Shown: piece by piece, positions 27,045 through 33,773 of the stretch
Numbering within the stretch: the first letter of the stretch is position 1
Layout: every line of letters begins with the position of its first letter
Source of the DNA: Bacilli bacterium
GTDB lineage: Bacteria; Bacillota_I; Bacilli_A; RFN20; CAG-826
NCBI GenBank assembly: GCA_045615605.1
Contig: JAZLFE010000047.1
Coordinates: 1 to 33,773, forward strand
Direction: 5' to 3'
DNA length: 33,773 nt
Position numbers and translations under genes: made by a program
Notes under the pieces: model-generated
The model's input: the letters and a program-made list of their open reading frames with translations, nothing else
Database searches by the model: none
What the model was told of the DNA's origin: nothing

Positions 27045-29183
27045 ATGAAAAAGTCAAAATTTATTACAGGCCTATCAGCTGCATTCATCTCAGCGATGGC
27101 ATTAATGAGTTGTACCGCACAACTACACGCTAAAAGCGGAGTTATTTTAACCATAGATGGAGTTGAGTATACTGCAGAGGATTTATTTAACGATCAAAAG
27201 ACTCCTGCAGCAGCAGAAGCGAAGTTCAATGCAGTTTATAAAGTAGCAGTTCGTCGTTACTTCATGGATGACCAAGAAGGTCATACTTTCATGCCTGAAA
27301 TTACTCAAAACACAAAAATTAAAATCAGTGAACAGAAGGCAATCGCTAAATCAAAAGCAGACTCTTCAGGCACTAAATACGCAGATGAATGGCAAAAAAT
27401 ACTTGATGAAAACAACGTAGATGATGAACAAGGTTTATATAATAAATTTGAATACGATCTTCAAAAAGAGAAGTTCGAAGATAAATTTTATTCTAATAAC
27501 TACGATGCCTTAAGAGAAGGTAATCCATTCCCAAATGAAGAAGAGTATCACAATAGATTCAAAAATTATCTTGAAGGCAAACAACCATATCATATCAAAC
27601 ATATTTTAGTTAAAGTTTCTGCTAAGGATGGCGATAACACCAATGGTGAAATTACAGCTAAAGAGGCTCAAAACATTGGTAATGTTATTATCAAATTAGC
27701 GGAAGGAGAAAGCTTTGAAGATGTTTCTGACGACTTTAACGAAGATGATACTGCTAAAAAGAATAAAGGAAGTTTAGGCATCATGAGTCGTGATACTTCT
27801 TTTGTTAACGATTTTAAACTTGGTATTTACATGTATGAATCTTTCTTTGGAAGCAGCACAAAAGAAAACACACAAAAAGAAGGTTATAAATCTAAGTGTG
27901 CTAAAGAAGAGTTATTCGGCAAAGAAAATAGTTACAAAGAAGGAACTGCAGGTAATTATGCTACAAAAATTAGCGAACTTAAAGATCCAACTTCTGAATA
28001 CACCGATGAGCAGAGTACTACAAAATATCACGGAATAGGACAAATTCCGTTTGAAGCCGCGATCAATTTGGTTAAGTATGCTAATTATGATTTTAGTGGT
28101 GATACGGATGAATCTAATAAAGTGATTGAAAGATTTGATAAAGAAAAACTGGATAAGGACGATGTTGCTGCAAAATATTATCCTAGAAATGTCATATTTA
28201 ACAAATATTTTAACAAACATAATATCATGGTTATAACTCCAAAAAATATCCATAATTACAAAGGTACAAAACAAAATCCTGAAACAATCGCTAATTGGAC
28301 AACTAACGATGGAAAGAAAAGAAATAATCAAAAAGATTTTTATACAGGTACATACAATGAAGATTATGTTAAAAATTATCCTGGTTTTAGTAAATCCGCT
28401 AAAAACAAAGACGAATTAAATTTTAAATTTGCGGACGGTCCTACAGAAGAAGGTTCGAATGAAAATGTGCTACGCGATCAAAATGGAAGAATAATACTAG
28501 TCTTCCGTAGTGGCACCGGAGGCGATTCTTCTAATGATGGATATCAAGGTATTCATTTTGTAGTTATTGAAAGAAGTCCGTTTATTGGCCTAGAATACGA
28601 CAGTGTAGATGAAAGCCAAGAAATTAATCCAACATCTTTAAACGAATACTTCTGGCACACCTATCCTGGACAAGAAGGATTAAGAAAAGAAGATAAACAT
28701 CCAACATACACTCAAGACAGCGATGATTGGAAAAAAACTTTTGTAAATTACTTCCCTAGCCTACCACAGACTAGTGTTCTTAAAGAACGTGCAGAGACCG
28801 TTAAAAAAGAAATTAAAAATTGTGATCCGTTGTTAAACACTTATATCTACCAAACTATTGAAAAAAATATAACTTGGACTGATAAAGCTTTGGAATTAGG
28901 AATCAAAAAAGATATTGATAATTGGATCAAACTCAAAAGAATCACTCAAGACATTGATACAAAGAAAAATTGGGATGATACTTGGGAGCAATATTATTAC
29001 TCTTTAGAAAGTCAAGTCGAGCAAAGAGAAGAAATTCTGGGAGCAGATGGTTCTATTCATAATAGATTAGTTCCAGAAGCCTGTGAGATTGCATTTATTG
29101 ACGATTCTTTCTTAGTAACAACTGGAGAAAATAAAATTACTTTACAAACTTTATTCGGCAAAGGAGGCGTTTTCCATGAATAA
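27045..29183 (+). CDS. large lipoprotein with parvulin/rotamase domain (PrsA-like foldase)
   Basis: Lipobox LMSC; YHIKHILVK, LAEGESFEDVSDDFNED...KGSLG, FVNDF and a distant YQGIHFVVI. Confidence 0.75.
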   Translation: MKKSKFITGLSAAFISAMALMSCTAQLHAKSGVILTIDGVEYTAEDLFNDQKTPAAAEAKFNAVYKVAVRRYFMDDQEGHTFMPEITQNTKIKISEQKAIAKSKADSSGTKYADEWQKILDENNVDDEQGLYNKFEYDLQKEKFEDKFYSNNYDALREGNPFPNEEEYHNRFKNYLEGKQPYHIKHILVKVSAKDGDNTNGEITAKEAQNIGNVIIKLAEGESFEDVSDDFNEDDTAKKNKGSLGIMSRDTSFVNDFKLGIYMYESFFGSSTKENTQKEGYKSKCAKEELFGKENSYKEGTAGNYATKISELKDPTSEYTDEQSTTKYHGIGQIPFEAAINLVKYANYDFSGDTDESNKVIERFDKEKLDKDDVAAKYYPRNVIFNKYFNKHNIMVITPKNIHNYKGTKQNPETIANWTTNDGKKRNNQKDFYTGTYNEDYVKNYPGFSKSAKNKDELNFKFADGPTEEGSNENVLRDQNGRIILVFRSGTGGDSSNDGYQGIHFVVIERSPFIGLEYDSVDESQEINPTSLNEYFWHTYPGQEGLRKEDKHPTYTQDSDDWKKTFVNYFPSLPQTSVLKERAETVKKEIKNCDPLLNTYIYQTIEKNITWTDKALELGIKKDIDNWIKLKRITQDIDTKKNWDDTWEQYYYSLESQVEQREEILGADGSIHNRLVPEACEIAFIDDSFLVTTGENKITLQTLFGKGGVFHE

Positions 29184-31203
29184 GAAAAAATTATTTACCC
29201 CATTATTAATCGCTTCAAGTTTTTTAATAATTGGATGTTCTACAAGCGAAATTGTTGGGCGCCCAAGTTGGATTGATACACCAATTGTTGAGGATGTGAC
29301 AAAAGATAACACATTAAAAGAGATTTATGACGCAATTAAAGAATTAGGTGACACAAACTCTAATGTATTAAATAAAATCATGTATCAAATTGCACAAAAA
29401 CAAATTGGTCATTTTGAAGATGTAATAGATGAAACAGGGGGCACTATTGAAGTTGGTTTAAAAACTATCAATGATGGAAAAGCAACAGAAGACCAAATTA
29501 AACAATTTATTGAAAACTATCCTATCTATAAATGTGATGAAAAGACATACGTATTAGATAATAACTTTATTCCAAAAGAAAGAGCGTTGACCGATCAAGA
29601 GAAATTAGAAAATTCTAAAAACAAAATTAAAGAGATGTATTCACGAATTTACGAAAGTATATTCGAAAAACTATATAACGAAATTAAAGATGGTTCTTAT
29701 TCAACTAAAATTGATAAATATTTTGAAGAAGATTATTTCGTACAACATTTATATAAAGAGATGTATTATGACGATTATGATCCAGAAACTACTCCAGATA
29801 AATTAGCTAAAGATAGAGTGTTTATTCCAAAAGAATCTAATCAAAAATGGTCAGAATATGTTAACTATAAAGAAAATGCAGATGATGAAAATCAACCGAC
29901 TGGATTTATTAATGTTGTGGATGAAGATAATAACTTTACCGATTATTATCATGAATATATTAAACGCAAGTTATTACCAGACATTTATAGAACTTTATTA
30001 ATTGAAAAATATGTTGCTGAGCAAAGGTCTAGTAATTTAGGCCGCAGTTACGCTCGTAAAATTAATATGATAAAAGTTCCCCATAACGATGATAAAGATA
30101 TAAATAGTAATATTCGTAAATTCTTAAATAATTATTCTACAACAAAAATTACTATAAATAAGAGTGCTCCTGACACAGACTTTGATCAAATCGCAAAAGC
30201 AATGATTGGTTTTGCGTGCACAGATACAACGTCTAAAACGCCAACTGGATCTCAAACTTACATTGAAGGTAGTGAACAAGAAAAAGGCGTTTATAATCTA
30301 ATAAATGTAGGAGAAGAACCAAAAAAAGAATCTTTATTAAAGCCATTAGAAATTGGTGGTAATAAATTAATATGGGAAATTAGAACTGATGATAATGGTG
30401 TGACTCTACCTAAAGATAAACATCGCAGCACTTATGTTTATAAAGGAACTAAACTTTATGATTTAGCTCTTAAATATTTAAAGTTTATGGATGTTACATA
30501 TACAAGCGAAACACCAAGCGATACTTATGCTGATTTTAAATTCGACAAGAAAAACCATTTAACATCAGATCAACAAACTGCACTTGAGGATATTACTAAC
30601 AAGGGTGCATACACGATTGAAAAAGGATTAGAAATAAAAGAAAGAGAAGCCAGATTAACTGATATGACTACTGATGGATGGTTTCTTAAGAGTAGCGGAG
30701 TTTCTGAACTAAGCGACGAAATTAAAAATAATTTATTCAACATTAATGTTGCTAACATTATTGATAAAGAGATTGCTACCGATACTACTAAGTCTGGTGA
30801 TAAAGTAAGATACTTCGGTGAAAATAATCGAGACAAAACTAAAGGTACTTATTTAAGTCGTAAAGCTTTCTTATTCGATGCTCAAAAAGCAAAGGAAACT
30901 TCTGTCGTTCTTGATGATGATAGCAACTTCTACATCGTTGAAGTTCAAGAAGCTGTTTCTAGTTCAAAATTATCAACAACTGACGTAAGCAATTCTTACT
31001 TAGAACTAAAGGCTACCAAAAATCCTTTAGATACTAATGTAATTACTAACGAGATTACTAGTAAGGTTACCGAACAAGTAGCAAGCGGAGACACCTACAA
31101 AAAGAACGCTGAACAATATTACTTAATGATTAGTAATATTCTCTTCTATGATCAAAGCGTTTATGATTACTTTAAATCACAATTCCCTGATTTATTTAAA
31201 TAA
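29176..31203 (+). CDS. large lipoprotein of unknown function
   Basis: Lipobox IIGC, AAGGAGG RBS, 8-bp overlap with the upstream gene. Confidence 0.8.
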   Translation: MNKKKLFTPLLIASSFLIIGCSTSEIVGRPSWIDTPIVEDVTKDNTLKEIYDAIKELGDTNSNVLNKIMYQIAQKQIGHFEDVIDETGGTIEVGLKTINDGKATEDQIKQFIENYPIYKCDEKTYVLDNNFIPKERALTDQEKLENSKNKIKEMYSRIYESIFEKLYNEIKDGSYSTKIDKYFEEDYFVQHLYKEMYYDDYDPETTPDKLAKDRVFIPKESNQKWSEYVNYKENADDENQPTGFINVVDEDNNFTDYYHEYIKRKLLPDIYRTLLIEKYVAEQRSSNLGRSYARKINMIKVPHNDDKDINSNIRKFLNNYSTTKITINKSAPDTDFDQIAKAMIGFACTDTTSKTPTGSQTYIEGSEQEKGVYNLINVGEEPKKESLLKPLEIGGNKLIWEIRTDDNGVTLPKDKHRSTYVYKGTKLYDLALKYLKFMDVTYTSETPSDTYADFKFDKKNHLTSDQQTALEDITNKGAYTIEKGLEIKEREARLTDMTTDGWFLKSSGVSELSDEIKNNLFNINVANIIDKEIATDTTKSGDKVRYFGENNRDKTKGTYLSRKAFLFDAQKAKETSVVLDDDSNFYIVEVQEAVSSSKLSTTDVSNSYLELKATKNPLDTNVITNEITSKVTEQVASGDTYKKNAEQYYLMISNILFYDQSVYDYFKSQFPDLFK

Positions 31204-31228
31204 TAGATAAATTATTTATTGAACGAAT

Positions 31229-31250
31229 AGGAGACTCTTGTCTCCTTTTT
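31229..31250 (+). terminator. intrinsic terminator
   Basis: aggagac-tctt-gtctcct-tttt. Confidence 0.75.
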
Positions 31251-31268
31251 GTTCTATAATAATTGCGT

Positions 31269-31685
31269 ATGGATAATTGTATATTTTGTAAAATCATTAA
31301 AGGTGAAATACCTTCAAGTAAAATCTATGAGGATGATGATGTATTAGCGATCCTAGATATATCACAAGCTACTCATGGTCATACTTTAGTTATCTCTAAG
31401 CAACATTATGATAACTTCTTATCTACTCCTAAAGAAATTATGCATAAGGTTATGGATGTCGCTCAAAGAATAGGACAAGTAGAGATTGCCGTTTTAGGCG
31501 CTAAAGGAGTGAATATATTAACTAATGTAGGTGAAGAGGCAGGACAAACTATCATGCATTACCATGTTCATGTAATTCCTCGTTATACCCGCGATGCTGG
31601 ATTCCAGATTACATTAAAAGAAAACGCAGTAGATAAATCACTCCTCCCCGCCCTCGCAAACAAAATCAGGGAAAACCTCAACTGA
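31269..31685 (+). CDS. hit: HIT family nucleotide hydrolase (HinT)
   Basis: CIFCKII.GEIPS, GHTLVI, AGQTIMHYHVHVIPR histidine triad. ATG 31269 preferred as start. Confidence 0.95.
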   Translation: MDNCIFCKIIKGEIPSSKIYEDDDVLAILDISQATHGHTLVISKQHYDNFLSTPKEIMHKVMDVAQRIGQVEIAVLGAKGVNILTNVGEEAGQTIMHYHVHVIPRYTRDAGFQITLKENAVDKSLLPALANKIRENLN

Positions 31686-32057
31686 TTCTTCAGGTTTACT
31701 AGACAATTTTATTCGCTTATAAGAATTTGCTTTATCATTTGGATGTGGCTCGATTGCTACAACAGTAATTTCACCACGATTAGGGCCATAAACCCAATAA
31801 ATCCTTCTTGCCGCAGGAACATTATTTTCTACATAAGAAGTAAATACTTTTTCTCCAAACTTGTTAGTTAATTCTTTGATTTCATGACTATTTAATCCAG
31901 GGGCAAAAGGATTACGTGATAATAATTTAAAAGTATGTTTAAGTTTTTTGTGCAATATTAACTCGCCTCTATTTGCAAGTCCTTACTTGCATCTATTAGA
32001 TAATTCACTCAAATATGATTCAACTTCAGGTATTCCAGGTAATATAGTAAATTTCAT
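31638..32057 (-). pseudogene. RelE/ParE-like toxin candidate interrupted by an in-frame TAA
   Basis: ATG at 32057 overlaps the upstream stop (TAATG). Reads MKFTILPGIPEVESYLSELSNRCK*GLANRGELILHKK... with TAA at 31985-31983, in frame with the 105-aa track ORF. NPFAPGLNSHEI...SYVEN...RRIYWVYG...IEPHP is RelE-like. Confidence 0.7.
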
Positions 32058-32305
32058 TAAAATTTTTTCAGATTAATAGGTTTGCCAACTTTTCCTTTTT
32101 TAAAATTCTTAATAGAACTATCCATCATGTTTAACGAATTTTCGGAAATTGATAATGGATCAATTAATTCTCTAGGTTCAAGAATAATTATTCCATTATT
32201 TTTATGTTTAACATGATAATACTCATATTTCGCATTACGAATTGTAAGACGTCTTTTAGAGTCTAGTTTGGCATCATAACTATTTAAAACTGCCTCCATA
32301 TTCAT
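32057..32305 (-). CDS. AbrB/MazE-like small DNA-binding protein (putative antitoxin)
   Basis: AKLDSKRRLTI...NGIIILEP swapped-hairpin motif; AAGGAG RBS. Confidence 0.75.
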   Translation of the reverse strand: MNMEAVLNSYDAKLDSKRRLTIRNAKYEYYHVKHKNNGIIILEPRELIDPLSISENSLNMMDSSIKNFKKGKVGKPINLKKF

Positions 32306-32321
32306 ATTTTATTCTCCTTTT

Positions 32322-32383
32322 ATAGTGGGATAGTGGGACATCCCATTTGATATAATATTATTATACATGAATAATTAATGCAA
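32322..32383 (-). promoter_or_regulatory. promoter and TGGGA/TCCCA operator repeats
   Basis: TTGCAT, 17 bp, TAATAT (32383-32355). atagtggg occurs twice in tandem, and tggga-ca-tccca is a palindrome (32334-32345). Confidence 0.55.
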
Positions 32384-32411
32384 ATATTCTTATTAAATAA
32401 AAAAAGACTAA

Positions 32412-32747
32412 TTATCGATTATTTAATGTAACAGCGGTAATAATAATTGCTAAAGAAGTTAATATAATAACCGCTGATACTATTAAACAAATTAAAGGAA
32501 ACGTTTTATTTTCGCTTAATTTATAGGATTTAATTGATATTGGCAATAAGATTAAAGAACAGATTAAAGAAGCGATAAGGGCTATTACAAATAAAGCAAT
32601 AATTATTATCCCTCCTAATATCGTTCCGATATTATCTTTCATCGCTTTCATAGCGGTTGAAAATAAAGCAATAGATAGAATCGTACCCAGTATAGTGATA
32701 ATTAAAAAGATAAGTAATGGAATGAAATATTTAACTTGTTTTTTCAT
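32412..32747 (-). CDS. small integral membrane protein (about 3 TM)
   Basis: Three long hydrophobic stretches; follows yhaM by 7 nt. Confidence 0.75.
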   Translation of the reverse strand: MKKQVKYFIPLLIFLIITILGTILSIALFSTAMKAMKDNIGTILGGIIIIALFVIALIASLICSLILLPISIKSYKLSENKTFPLICLIVSAVIILTSLAIIITAVTLNNR

Positions 32748-32754
32748 GTAATAA

Positions 32755-33684
32755 TTATTTCTTTTTATATAATCTACGCATATCCATGTTCATTAAACGA
32801 TTAGTGAACTCACCTGGATTAATATCTTTTGTGTTATTATCATACATCATCATCTTCGCATCTAGATCATCAATAAAGTTAACCATAATAGCTTCTTTAG
32901 ACGCTCCTAAGACAGGAGAGCCGTATTCATATTTACCATGACTTGATAATACACAGTGTTCAATATGAATAATCTTCTCGTTATTCTCTAAATGATATTT
33001 AGTAGCAACATTATTGATTAAATTAGTAGCGATCACTAAATGCCCTAATAGGTGTCCTTCTGTAGTATATTCAATAGGTAATAGACCACTTAATTCTTTT
33101 ACTTTACCTAAGTCATGTAAGAAGACACTCGCTAAAACAATATCACTATCAATATCGTTATAATGCTTTATTAAGAAGTTAGCGACATCTAGCATACTTA
33201 CTGTATGGTAAAGTAGACCACTAGCGAAAGCATGATGATTATTGCTTGCAGCAGGATAAGTTAATATCTTATCTTTATAAGTGTCATATAAATCATCGAT
33301 TACAGTTTTAATATCTTTATCTTTAATCTCTAATAAATAAGATTCTAATTTCTTTTGCAATGTCTCTTTTGGGATAGGAGAAGAAGGAATATAGTCTTCT
33401 AATTTAGTAATGGTTACTTTATTCGCATCTTTAATTCTTAATTCAATCTTATCTTTATAAGAGGTAACATCAAATGACATATTAACAAAGTTACCCGCTT
33501 TGAAGATATCTAGATCTTCACTATTAACATCCCATTTTTTAGCGTTCATTACACCACTTTTATCTTGTAGGACAATAGATAAAAAAGTTTTATTATTAGA
33601 TGCAGTCACTCCTTTAGTAACGCTTTTAACTAAATATATTTCGCGATAAGATTCGCCTTCTTTTAATGTATTAAGATATATCAT
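32755..33684 (-). CDS. yhaM: 3'-5' exoribonuclease YhaM (OB fold plus HD domain)
   Basis: LQDKSG..AKKW OB fold, YPAA..NHHA..GLLYHT, LHDLGKVKEL, YTTEGHLLGH, LSSHGKYEYGSP, IDDLDAKM. GGAGG RBS favours ATG 33684. Confidence 0.92.
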   Translation of the reverse strand: MIYLNTLKEGESYREIYLVKSVTKGVTASNNKTFLSIVLQDKSGVMNAKKWDVNSEDLDIFKAGNFVNMSFDVTSYKDKIELRIKDANKVTITKLEDYIPSSPIPKETLQKKLESYLLEIKDKDIKTVIDDLYDTYKDKILTYPAASNNHHAFASGLLYHTVSMLDVANFLIKHYNDIDSDIVLASVFLHDLGKVKELSGLLPIEYTTEGHLLGHLVIATNLINNVATKYHLENNEKIIHIEHCVLSSHGKYEYGSPVLGASKEAIMVNFIDDLDAKMMMYDNNTKDINPGEFTNRLMNMDMRRLYKKK

Positions 33685-33773
33685 AATCATCCTCCATCAC
33701 TAATTTTATTTTACTATAGCTATAACCCTTTTTGTGTAACGCCTTCATAATTTTTTCTTTATCTACATATATT
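33671..33773 (-). CDS. 3' end of an upstream gene, possibly RecX-like (partial)
   Basis: Open frame IYVDKEKIMKALHKKGYSYSKIKLVMEDDYDIS* overlapping the yhaM start. K..K.L.KKGYS...I resembles a RecX C-terminal repeat. Confidence 0.4.
   Translation of the reverse strand, partial: IYVDKEKIMKALHKKGYSYSKIKLVMEDDYDIS

Noticed and set aside
1264-30836. Short antisense or out-of-frame ORFs in the track (e.g. 1264, 2429, 4095, 5106, 5454, 6323, 12177, 13146, 14193, 15494, 19750, 22747, 25221, 27912, 30570)
   Set aside because: They lie within or across well-supported genes, and lack RBSs and recognisable motifs; shadow ORFs.
31983-31985. Alternative genetic code explaining the internal stop
   Set aside because: The stop is TAA, which ends most genes here; TGA ends prmC-adjacent prfA-independent genes such as hit, and Trp is encoded by TGG.

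Overview
Very AT-rich chromosomal window from a low-GC Bacillota. The short 16S V1 helix, lipoprotein-rich surface genes and standard genetic code suggest a gut Mollicutes-like Bacilli lineage such as RF39/RFN20; this is inference. The left edge holds the 5' end of a 16S rRNA gene with its promoter, and tRNA-Lys(CUU). About 0.9-21.2 kb is an accessory surface-protein locus: an Mpi-like serine invertase, a DUF3800 gene with a small structured RNA, and a three-gene minus-strand surface operon (747 aa protein, 1195 aa InlB-B/Flg_new repeat protein, 1195 aa BspA-type LRR protein). Main observation: a 65-bp inverted repeat (2490-2554 and 16019-16083, 63/65 identical) brackets a 13.6-kb segment. One copy lies inside the repeat-protein gene. 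The other starts a headless, oppositely oriented alternative C-terminus followed by a second LRR gene. Inversion would fuse in frame and swap both the C-terminus and the downstream LRR partner, a shufflon-like two-gene switch with defence-like cargo in the middle. The right part is mostly housekeeping (rpiB, tsaC, prmC, prfA, PrsA-like lipoproteins, HIT, yhaM). It also has two toxin-antitoxin-like modules, one with a nonsense codon, and a 42-aa ArfA/BrfA-like ORF missed by the ORF track. All family names come from motif recognition by eye, not database searches.
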